Positions 10,354 to 18,530 of a stretch of 64,000 bases of DNA are shown piece after piece. Origin of the DNA: a virus; IMG/VR virus record IMGVR_UViG_3300020183_000010; one strand, 5' to 3'. Position 1 is the first letter of the stretch. Each line of letters opens with the position of its first letter. The notes beneath the pieces were generated by a model. That model did no database searches, was not told the DNA's origin, and saw only the letters and a list, made by a program, of their open reading frames with translations. The position numbers and the translations under genes were made by a program.

Positions 10354-11202
10354 TTATTTTTTTATTTTAGTAAAAACATCGGAATAAAATTCATACGATG
10401 CTTCTATATGTTTATTAAGATCTATATAAGAATTTAAGGATCTACTAATAACTTCGTTTAAATCAGATCTATAAAGATCCCTTAGATCCATTGGATTGTA
10501 ATTAGGATAACTTTTATAGTCTTCCAGATGTGCACTAAAGTAATCTCTAAATTTAAAACCATTTCCTATAACTCTATCGGAAAATTCAACCCAAAGAGAA
10601 GGAACATTATAAGAATGAGATAATATTAAACCATGAAGACTTGATGATATCGTAGATTCACAGCTACTTATTTCATTTATTATCCTTTCGAGGTCACTGC
10701 TATTATTATTACATTTTAAACTTATGATTTTTATTTTTTTACCAGTGGTTCTTGAATAATTATTAAAGAACATAGTTACTGATTCCTCATCTATAATATG
10801 AGGGATAACTCCTAGTTCATATTTTTTTTCATATGATGCCTTGTATATCTTAGGTAATAAAATTCCAGGATCACCTATATAAACATCTTTTTTTCCATAA
10901 AGCCCATTTATTTTATCTAGAGTTAATCTTCCTCTAACTGATATAAAATTAGGTTCCTCTATACATTTACTGTTTTCGGAAGGAAACCCTGCCCCTATAA
11001 CAGTTGTATTTTTATTAGCCTCGTTCAATATACTACCGAGCATCATAAAATGAGTATCTTCTAAATACTCGTGAACCCCCATTCTCTCGTTCCATTTCTC
11101 ATATTTTTCTGGATAAAAATCCAAAAAATGGCTAATCAGGTAAGGGTTTAACTGGTCTCCGAAATTTATAGATCTATGCCAATTTATTCTAAAGTCTTTC
11201 AT
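10354..11202 (-). CDS. Polysaccharide pyruvyl transferase family protein
   Basis: NFGD, GSIL, SVRGRLT, GDPGIL, IPH, SSSLHGLI, FKFRDY. Confidence 0.85.
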   Translation of the reverse strand: MKDFRINWHRSINFGDQLNPYLISHFLDFYPEKYEKWNERMGVHEYLEDTHFMMLGSILNEANKNTTVIGAGFPSENSKCIEEPNFISVRGRLTLDKINGLYGKKDVYIGDPGILLPKIYKASYEKKYELGVIPHIIDEESVTMFFNNYSRTTGKKIKIISLKCNNNSSDLERIINEISSCESTISSSLHGLILSHSYNVPSLWVEFSDRVIGNGFKFRDYFSAHLEDYKSYPNYNPMDLRDLYRSDLNEVISRSLNSYIDLNKHIEASYEFYSDVFTKIKK

Positions 11203-12047
11203 TATAATATAGTAGATATTTTTTTAAATAACAAATCATCTGCTGATTCTATAATACTAACTTTATATAGATTATTTCTAACTGATCCTATCATACTATT
11301 ATAAAGATCCGTGTTTAATATGGAAGGATCAAAACTATCATCCCATAGTATAATCCCGCCTAAATCGAATGATTCACCTATCCTAGGATCTCCCCAATAA
11401 ACCGGGATAGTACCATTAGCAAAGCAATCGGTTATTTTTTCTGTGTAGTAATTATCATAAGAAGCATTCTCAAAAACAACAGAAAACATATAAGGAGCTA
11501 GGGATTCGTCTCTAGATCTCCACCAATCTCCTGAAGGACCTATTCCACTCCCTGATCTAGGGCTTCCGTGTGCTCCTCCAAAAAGATCTATTTTTTCTTT
11601 GATCTTTGATGCTACATTTAATCTTAGTTTATGTCCAGTAGTCATATCTTTAGGACTACATACCATGGAACAAATTTTACTCTTATTATGTAAAGAGTAT
11701 TGTTCAGGTTTAGTCCAAGGGAGATTAGATCCAGGAGGATTAAATATAAAAAATGAAGGATCCTTATTTATTATCTCGGAATCACAAGTAAATATATTCT
11801 GAAAATGATTTTTAAGAACTCCATGATTATTCATTAAGTTCTTTTTTAATTCAGGTAGTATTTCAGAAGACTCACAGAACCATCCAAAATTACCATTTTT
11901 ATCTCCTCTATGATTTAATAAGTTATTGTCTATCCAAACATTTGCTATTCCTTCTGTATTAGACCATTCAAAAGTTTTAGGTTTTAAACTAGAACATGAA
12001 GAATATTCTACAGGAAAAGGAGCCCATGTTGCTTTTAATTTTTTCAT
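11202..12047 (-). CDS. GT10-like (alpha-1,3/4-fucosyltransferase-type) glycosyltransferase
   Basis: Alpha-1,3 motif YMFSVVFENASYDNYYTEKITDCFANGTIPVYWG. Confidence 0.8.
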   Translation of the reverse strand: MKKLKATWAPFPVEYSSCSSLKPKTFEWSNTEGIANVWIDNNLLNHRGDKNGNFGWFCESSEILPELKKNLMNNHGVLKNHFQNIFTCDSEIINKDPSFFIFNPPGSNLPWTKPEQYSLHNKSKICSMVCSPKDMTTGHKLRLNVASKIKEKIDLFGGAHGSPRSGSGIGPSGDWWRSRDESLAPYMFSVVFENASYDNYYTEKITDCFANGTIPVYWGDPRIGESFDLGGIILWDDSFDPSILNTDLYNSMIGSVRNNLYKVSIIESADDLLFKKISTIL

Positions 12048-12907
12048 ATTATATTAAAATCTTTATTAGTATAATTAAATGGCCTTATCGCATTTATTCT
12101 ATTCATATAGACATGAATTTGATTTTTTAAAGGAACCCTAGAATTAACATTCTCTAGTATATCCCCCTGGTTGTATTGATTATCAAATAATCTTATCTTA
12201 ATAGATTTTCTAAACCTAGGTATTACTGAATGTTTTAAAGCATCATGATCTAATTCACATAATCCCTCTTTTATTTTTTCAGTACAATGATTATCCCAAG
12301 CTGCTACCAATTTTCTAGTCTCCTCCGTATTTTTTAATAATAAAGGAGAGGCAAAAAATCCATCTATACTTCCGTTATGTGAGACCAGTCCTAAATCAAA
12401 TTCGTAAGAATCGTCAGAGAAAAGCTTTAGCTCTTTTTTTAAATTAGTATCAGCATCTATCCAAACTAAATTTTTATTAAACTCCTCCATCACGGACTTT
12501 ATAAAATATGGTTTAAAACAGCAGTTCTGGTGATAGTTCCTATCTCTTGGATATTGTCTTATTAAATAATCATACCCAAACTCGTCTAGTTTTTTAACTA
12601 ATCCATCTATTTTGGATGAATAAAAATCGCTATCAATAGGATCGGATATAAAAGATACAAATATAGTTTCCTTGTCGCTTATATTCTTCCATTCTTTTAT
12701 ATGTACTCTTTCTCTTGGATTTTCTATAGGTCTAAATAAATTCATATCTAAATTAATATCATTTTCTTCAGCTTTGCTATCTGGTTTATTCTCCTTTTTT
12801 TCGCTTTTATCACTAAGAATCCTAGCAATTGGATTAAATCCTCTGTTTATTAATTGTCTAGTTACTTTAATACCCCTTTTCATATTGAAAAATCTTTTAA
12901 AGTGCAA
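12044..12907 (-). CDS. DxD nucleotide-diphospho-sugar transferase (probable start 12883)
   Basis: FKPYFI...LVWIDAD...ASPL...DHDALK; paralogue of the next gene. Confidence 0.7.
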   Translation of the reverse strand: MHFKRFFNMKRGIKVTRQLINRGFNPIARILSDKSEKKENKPDSKAEENDINLDMNLFRPIENPRERVHIKEWKNISDKETIFVSFISDPIDSDFYSSKIDGLVKKLDEFGYDYLIRQYPRDRNYHQNCCFKPYFIKSVMEEFNKNLVWIDADTNLKKELKLFSDDSYEFDLGLVSHNGSIDGFFASPLLLKNTEETRKLVAAWDNHCTEKIKEGLCELDHDALKHSVIPRFRKSIKIRLFDNQYNQGDILENVNSRVPLKNQIHVYMNRINAIRPFNYTNKDFNII

Positions 12908-13518
12908 GAATCAAATTCATTGCTTCTTTTGATATTTTTTCTTAACACGTCTCTGGTGTAAACGTGTTTGTCTCTAACTCTAGATATCCCGTTACTTATA
13001 ATTTTTCCGTCACTGAAATCATTACTAGTAAAATCTTTATCTTTCATAACGTCTATCCATATTTTACCTCTAAATCTAGGAAGTAAAACATACTTAAGAA
13101 CATCGTGATCGAAATCTATATCATTACTTATTATCTTTTCTAGACAGATATCTTTTAAAGATTCCAAAAACATTAAACTTCTCTCGTTATATTTTATACA
13201 AAGGGGAGATGCTTTTATACCTTGAAGATCCCCAGTGTGACTAGCAAAAAGAATATCAGAATCCCATTTTTTAAATACATCGTGATATTGGGATATTTCA
13301 GTATCAACATCTATCCATATTAAATCCCTTCTTAGGGTAATTAATTTGTCATAAATAAAAGATGGTTTATGTAGGGTGTTCTTCCAATATTCTCTATATC
13401 CTCCTGATTTCTCTATCTCTATCTCTATACCCAATGATTTACACATAAAGTGAAGATTATTTGAACATTTTTCGTAATACGAATCACCAGAATAGAAAGA
13501 TATAAAAATAGGATTCAT
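12880..13518 (-). CDS. DxD nucleotide-diphospho-sugar transferase
   Basis: FISFY, HKPSFI, LIWIDVD, ASPL, DHDVLK. Confidence 0.7.
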   Translation of the reverse strand: MNPIFISFYSGDSYYEKCSNNLHFMCKSLGIEIEIEKSGGYREYWKNTLHKPSFIYDKLITLRRDLIWIDVDTEISQYHDVFKKWDSDILFASHTGDLQGIKASPLCIKYNERSLMFLESLKDICLEKIISNDIDFDHDVLKYVLLPRFRGKIWIDVMKDKDFTSNDFSDGKIISNGISRVRDKHVYTRDVLRKNIKRSNEFDSCTLKDFSI

Positions 13519-14255
13519 TAATCTATATTCAGTTTATTAAATAATATGTCACATAGGTTTCTATTGCTGGAGTAAGGTCTAGGCAAATGACAATCTATAT
13601 ATTCCCCTACGTTATAGTCAGTTTTAGGCCAAATAGCCTTATCTAATCTACGATCTGCATATTTTTCTTCTATCCAACCTCTTTCAAGATGTCTAATATA
13701 GTATCTGGATTTTCTTAGGGTTTGGTTGTAAAAAAACTTCTGATCTGTGCCACTTCGCATATTCATTCTTTTTAATCTTAGAAGAAAATCTAAATGGCTT
13801 TCTTCATTTAAATCTAACAGATCTGAAAAACTTTTCGGATCACCAGCAAGATAACACATTGGATATTGGGGGTTAGTCCTATACCATCTATATTTAATGA
13901 TATCTGAACTATATGATATTAATCCAGTGTCCCCTATGTACTCAGCGTTATTTATATAATAATCCTTGGAGATAGGAAGCATATCCATATCTGATATGAT
14001 GAATGGTTTATCCAGGAGGTTTGCTGCCCAGAACCTAATACATTGTGCCTGCTGTGCAATGTCCCAATCACTTCTTGCTTCTAGATAAAACACCTTACCG
14101 TGTTCGTAAACCCAAGCAGGAGGTGCCGCATTGTCTATATAAAGAAGAACAGGTTCTAATCCTATTAAATTCTTCCATGCTCTAGCTACATAGGGCCAAA
14201 AATCTAGATATTCTGGGTTTGAGTTAGAGCTAACTACTGCATATTCTAATTTCAT
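13518..14255 (-). CDS. Putative glycosyltransferase-like protein
   Basis: YLDFWP, ISDMDMLP (DxD), YPMCY, GTDQ, IDCHLPRP; lies inside the glycan cluster. Confidence 0.55.
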   Translation of the reverse strand: MKLEYAVVSSNSNPEYLDFWPYVARAWKNLIGLEPVLLYIDNAAPPAWVYEHGKVFYLEARSDWDIAQQAQCIRFWAANLLDKPFIISDMDMLPISKDYYINNAEYIGDTGLISYSSDIIKYRWYRTNPQYPMCYLAGDPKSFSDLLDLNEESHLDFLLRLKRMNMRSGTDQKFFYNQTLRKSRYYIRHLERGWIEEKYADRRLDKAIWPKTDYNVGEYIDCHLPRPYSSNRNLCDILFNKLNID

Positions 14256-14879
14256 CTATCTTCTTAGTCTGGAATTATAATTTGTATTCAATTTTTTATG
14301 TACATTTCTTGATTCTTGATAATGCTCTATAACGGGGGATGTCCTAGGATACATTATCTTCATATGATCATATATGAAAGTATACTCGGGAGGAAGATTA
14401 TAATATGAAAGATCCGTCATTTCTCTTTGAGCCCTTTGCATATTTTTTTGTTCCCACGTTTCGGGTTTCATTCTTTCTGCGGGGGTTGCCTTGTTTAATT
14501 GTATCCACCTGTCTACAAATCTTTTTACCTTATCGTTGTTCTTTAAAAATAATGTACCTGATAAAGCCTCATCTGACCTCCATTTAAAGTCTTGTGTTCT
14601 ATATGCTATATCGCAATCAAGATTTGGTATAAGATCTGGATATTGTTTAAATTGAGCATCCACATCAACATATAGTACGTCCTGATTTCTTGAATTTAAA
14701 ATATCTCTTATAAAATATGCTTTGTGGTGTGTATTCTTTTCCCATGAACCAAGATCATCAATTGCTTCTATATAATGAGGCAGACTAAAATTGTTTAAAG
14801 ATCTCCTAAGATTTTCAGCTAACACCTCGTATGATGTGCTTTCTGTGTAATATGCTATAACTAAAAACTGGGGGCTCAT
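14256..14879 (-). CDS. DxD nucleotide-diphospho-sugar transferase
   Basis: IAYYT, WEKNTHHKAYFI, VLYVDVDA, LSGTLF, WEQ, LPPEY, IEHYQESR. Confidence 0.7.
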   Translation of the reverse strand: MSPQFLVIAYYTESTSYEVLAENLRRSLNNFSLPHYIEAIDDLGSWEKNTHHKAYFIRDILNSRNQDVLYVDVDAQFKQYPDLIPNLDCDIAYRTQDFKWRSDEALSGTLFLKNNDKVKRFVDRWIQLNKATPAERMKPETWEQKNMQRAQREMTDLSYYNLPPEYTFIYDHMKIMYPRTSPVIEHYQESRNVHKKLNTNYNSRLRR

Positions 14880-15016
14880 AGGATTAAAATAAGATAGTAT
14901 TCATAACCTGGGATTTACTTCGTAAAAATTTTAGTCCCCGTTCGCAGGATAGTTTCATCTTTTAAGAAATATTTTTTTATGATGAATAATTTAATGTTTT
15001 TCTATATATAATATAA

Positions 15017-15748
15017 ATGGAAAAGACCTCAAACATGATAGAGATGAGACCTTATTGGTTTTTGGAGGACCCTATAGATTTCGAGTATAAATATTATGTA
15101 CTTATGGCTTATTTAATGAGGGTTAAAGAAAATTTTAATAAGCCAGGATTTGAGAGGTATTTTAAAACACTTATTTCTATTAAGAAAGATTTGGAAAGCT
15201 TTATAAAAAACACGGAGTTTAGTCAAAAAACATTGGCTAAGATGACGGAGGAAGACAAGGATCATTTCTATAACATGCTAGATAAGAATCTTGATCATAT
15301 AGGAGAAATAGAGGAGATTGCAAAAAATTCGGTGTCAACGATAGATAAATTTTTAGAAGAAAATAGTGAATTCTACGAGAAATATGACTCTTTAGTTGAG
15401 GTTGAAAGCTATTGCTCTAAATATAATATATGGGATCAGGGATTTTTAGTTATAAGAAAAAAAGGGGAAAAGACGATGAGAATATTTACATGGTTTTTTT
15501 CCATAGTAAAAATCTCACAAAAAGAAAACGTAGCACTTCTTATGACTGAGCTCTTGGATCCTCTTTGCGAAACAACAAAGGACATAAATAAGATAAGGAG
15601 GTTTTTAAAAAATAATATTAGGGACTTTTCCGATCAGTACGACTGTGTATTAGTTTCAGAGATATCTAAAGAAATTGATATGGAGATAGGGACGGAATTA
15701 AGTAAAGAAAAATCCATAGATATGATAATGAATAGGTTTAAGAATTAG
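15017..15748 (+). CDS. Hypothetical protein
   Basis: 243-aa ORF with PIDFEYKYYVLMAYL N-terminal block; function not recognised. Confidence 0.7.
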   Translation: MEKTSNMIEMRPYWFLEDPIDFEYKYYVLMAYLMRVKENFNKPGFERYFKTLISIKKDLESFIKNTEFSQKTLAKMTEEDKDHFYNMLDKNLDHIGEIEEIAKNSVSTIDKFLEENSEFYEKYDSLVEVESYCSKYNIWDQGFLVIRKKGEKTMRIFTWFFSIVKISQKENVALLMTELLDPLCETTKDINKIRRFLKNNIRDFSDQYDCVLVSEISKEIDMEIGTELSKEKSIDMIMNRFKN

Positions 15749-16295
15749 CCCTTCTCTTATCTATAAGATCTTCTGTTTCTTTCTTTTCTTCTTCAGTAAA
15801 ATTAAATCTCCCATAGGGAAATTTATCAGATTTAAACATGTAGACTTTTTCTTCTCCTGAGCCATCTTCAGTAACTACCTCTATTTTAGTACCTAATCTA
15901 TTAAGATAAAAATCTGCACCAAATCCATTTTTTAGGATTTTATTTCTAATAAAAAGAATAGCTCCTCCTGGCATTTCCTCCTCTGGTTCATATTCTCCTG
16001 CTTCTATAATTCTTTCTATTTCTGGGATTATTTTGGCTATATCAGAGAATGGTCTAGTAGATAACTGGTCTATTGATGATATTTTCATAGTTGTTGCTAT
16101 GAATTTAGTTATCTCTTTTTTAAGTTCTGGTTTTTCTACGAATATTGATTCAAGATCATCTACGAAACTCTTGCTATTATATCCCTCCTTAGGATCATGT
16201 GAAGAATATGCAAATGGTACCTTGTAGGTCTTATCCATATTTCCGGCTGCACTACTCTCGTTTATGAATTCATTAAAATTAAATATCCTTCTCAT
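15738..16295 (-). CDS. Putative internal head protein with capsid-targeting-like N-terminus
   Basis: Starts MRRIFNFNEFINES, similar to the T4 capsid targeting sequence MKTYQEFIAE. Confidence 0.55.
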   Translation of the reverse strand: MRRIFNFNEFINESSAAGNMDKTYKVPFAYSSHDPKEGYNSKSFVDDLESIFVEKPELKKEITKFIATTMKISSIDQLSTRPFSDIAKIIPEIERIIEAGEYEPEEEMPGGAILFIRNKILKNGFGADFYLNRLGTKIEVVTEDGSGEEKVYMFKSDKFPYGRFNFTEEEKKETEDLIDKRRANS

Positions 16296-16696
16296 ATTCT
16301 AGCAACTATTAGTTTACTCCTCTTCTCGAAGGACATAGGCTTTGAATTAATAATATCTTTTCCTATTTTTCTTAGCATTTCTTTAGAAAATCTATCAAAT
16401 TTTGGCTCTCCTTCCTTTGAAAGATTCTCTGGTCTACATTCTATAAACCCGTCATAATCTTTTAATTGAACAAAGCATCCTCCATTTGAAGAGCTTATTA
16501 CATCATTTTGTAATAGTTTTATCTTAGTCCAAACCGGCTTAACTTTAGCAGGTTTGCCTAGTTCTTCTATTTCATAGGAAGAAACTATCTCTACATAGAA
16601 AGGGTTTTTTACTATATAGCAAGATCCATCTGAATCTAGACCGTATTCTGTCTTAAATTCTTTTTGAAATTTGTCTATGTTTAAAATTCTAGGCAT
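16292..16696 (-). CDS. Hypothetical late protein
   Basis: Starts MPRILNIDKF; GATATATA upstream. Confidence 0.6.
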   Translation of the reverse strand: MPRILNIDKFQKEFKTEYGLDSDGSCYIVKNPFYVEIVSSYEIEELGKPAKVKPVWTKIKLLQNDVISSSNGGCFVQLKDYDGFIECRPENLSKEGEPKFDRFSKEMLRKIGKDIINSKPMSFEKRSKLIVARI

Positions 16697-16705
16697 TACT
16701 TCATA

Positions 16706-16740
16706 TATATATCAGATTCCTAGAGATAAAACGATATATA
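16706..16740. promoter_or_regulatory. Divergent pair of GATATATA motifs
   Basis: Minus-strand copy at 16706-16713 and plus-strand copy at 16733-16740, each facing a start codon. Confidence 0.7.
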
Positions 16741-16759
16741 CTATAAAAAGTAGTACCAA

Positions 16760-17497
16760 ATGGTTATTCGTAGTTATTCAAAATTCATATCAGAGTCTAA
16801 GAACGAATCTAGAGGTCGTAATTTAGGTATTAGTCATTATAAAGAAGAAATGGCAATGCTAGAAAACGAATATCTTAGAATGCAGTCAGAGGGACTTTCA
16901 GAAAACGAGATAAATGAAAATATATTTACCTCTTTCTTTAGCTCTTTAGGTGGAGGTTTCACCGATACTTTCAAGGATTACATTATAGACTGGGCAGCAC
17001 AAAAATTTGGTATTAACACGATGGATGAAAACGGTCAGCCTACATTCTTTTACCAAGTAATAAGAAACGTAATCGAGCAGGTACATTGGACAGATCTAGG
17101 AAAATATTTTGGCTCTGGGTCATGTAAAAACTGGTCTGTAGCTATAGTAGAAGGTTTATCTGAAACATTACAAGAAAGAGGAATAGAATATTTATTACCC
17201 CGATTAGGTATGCAATTAGATATGAACAGTGGAATGGGAGGAACAATAGCAGCAGGATTAAGAGAGGCTTTAACTAATGCTATTAATAATACTAACTTCA
17301 TGAATAACATAGAGAAAATGATCTCTGATAAGATATGTGGATTTAAACTGGGTGATGTTTTATCTGGTGGTAATGTTACAACCTCAGATAAACAAAAAAT
17401 ACAAAATGAAATAGAAGCAGCAGGAGAAAGAAATCCAGATGTATATACAAAAGCAATGAAAACTGGTTTATCCAGTATTCTACAATTCAATAAGTAA
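16760..17497 (+). CDS. Putative internal head protein
   Basis: Starts MVIRSYSKFISES; INE followed by amphipathic NIFTSFFSSLGGGF; GATATATA upstream. Confidence 0.55.
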   Translation: MVIRSYSKFISESKNESRGRNLGISHYKEEMAMLENEYLRMQSEGLSENEINENIFTSFFSSLGGGFTDTFKDYIIDWAAQKFGINTMDENGQPTFFYQVIRNVIEQVHWTDLGKYFGSGSCKNWSVAIVEGLSETLQERGIEYLLPRLGMQLDMNSGMGGTIAAGLREALTNAINNTNFMNNIEKMISDKICGFKLGDVLSGGNVTTSDKQKIQNEIEAAGERNPDVYTKAMKTGLSSILQFNK

Positions 17498-17499
17498 GT

Positions 17500-17751
17500 A
17501 TGAATCAAAGAAACGTAAAAAAAAGAGAAATACTAAGCTACAAGGACTTCATGAAAGTAGCGAGCGATCCGTGGAATCCTGATAATCTTAGTAAAGAAGA
17601 CAGAACTGGATTTCATAAGATCACTCCGGAGTCTGCATATGACTATGTAGGATATAAAGATGCGGTTTTTAATAAAACATCTAAAATAGACTATCCTGGA
17701 TACGGTGCAACTGAATCTGGGAGTGGTGCTTCTATAGGAATAACGGAATAA
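17500..17751 (+). CDS. Small hypothetical protein, possibly an internal head protein
   Basis: Contains ILSYKDF near the N-terminus; co-oriented between two similar genes. Confidence 0.55.
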   Translation: MNQRNVKKREILSYKDFMKVASDPWNPDNLSKEDRTGFHKITPESAYDYVGYKDAVFNKTSKIDYPGYGATESGSGASIGITE

Positions 17752-17767
17752 AAAAATAAAAAAAACA

Positions 17768-18472
17768 ATGGATAAGAAAATATTATCTTTCGAAGAGTTT
17801 AAACATAAAAAGCCTCAAGAGTTACCAGAGGATAACGATTTCTGGAATGATCTAGAGATAGAAGAAGAGGAAGAAGAGGAAGACTACGAAGACGAATCTG
17901 ACGAGGAAGAGGAAGACTACGAAGAAGAGGACGACGACTCAGAAGAGGAAGACGAATCTGACGAGGAAGAGGAAGACTACGAAGAAGAGGAGGACGACGA
18001 CTCAGAAGAGGAAGACGAAGAAGACGAATCTGACGAGGAAGAGGAAGACTACGAAGAAGAGGAGGACGACGACTCAGAAGAGGAAGAAGACTACGAAGAG
18101 GAGGACGACGACTCAGAAGAGGAAGAAGACTACGAAGAGGAGGACGACGACTCAGAAGATGACGAGGATGAATCTGAGGAAGAGGCCGAAGATGAGGAAG
18201 AATCTGATGAGGAGGAAGAAGACTTCGAAGACGAAGATGAGGACGAAGATGAGGAAGAATCTGATGAGGAGGAAGAAGAGGACGAAGACGAGGAAGAATC
18301 TGATGAGGAGGAAGAAGAGGACGAAGACGAGGAAGAATCTGATGAGGAGGAAGATGAAGAAGACGAAGAAGAGGAGGAAGAAGAAGTAGAGGAAGAGGAC
18401 GAGTCTGACCTAGGAGAGGATGAAAATACAGAAACTGAAGTTATAAGATTCGATAATTTCTTCGGAAAATAG
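17768..18472 (+). CDS. Extremely acidic Asp/Glu-repeat protein
   Basis: About 190 central residues are almost only E/D, with S and Y; N-terminal ILSFEEF and C-terminal VIRFDNFF; followed by a terminator. Confidence 0.8.
   Translation: MDKKILSFEEFKHKKPQELPEDNDFWNDLEIEEEEEEEDYEDESDEEEEDYEEEDDDSEEEDESDEEEEDYEEEEDDDSEEEDEEDESDEEEEDYEEEEDDDSEEEEDYEEEDDDSEEEEDYEEEDDDSEDDEDESEEEAEDEEESDEEEEDFEDEDEDEDEEESDEEEEEDEDEEESDEEEEEDEDEEESDEEEDEEDEEEEEEEVEEEDESDLGEDENTETEVIRFDNFFGK
17860..18430 (+). repeat. Degenerate coding tandem repeats (EEEEDYEEEDDDS and EEESDEEEEEDED units)
   Basis: Recurrent gaagaggaagactacgaagaagaggacgacgactca and gaggaagaatctgatgaggag blocks. Confidence 0.9.
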
Positions 18473-18499
18473 GATCTAGAATTAAATTACTATAAAGCG

Positions 18500-18530
18500 A
18501 AGCCCAGATTTTAAACTGGGCTTTTTCTTT
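18500..18530 (+). terminator. Rho-independent terminator
   Basis: AAGCCCAG-attttaaa-CTGGGCTT hairpin followed by a T-rich tract. Confidence 0.8.

Noticed and set aside
3113-14879. Bacterial chromosomal LPS or capsule locus next to a prophage
   Set aside because: No export or polymerase genes, no integrase or att site seen, and the same promoter-like motifs and gene packing as the phage core.
18159-18389. Arg/Lys-rich 76-aa ORF resembling a protamine
   Set aside because: Alternative reading frame of the poly-Glu/Asp repeat; no independent start signal.
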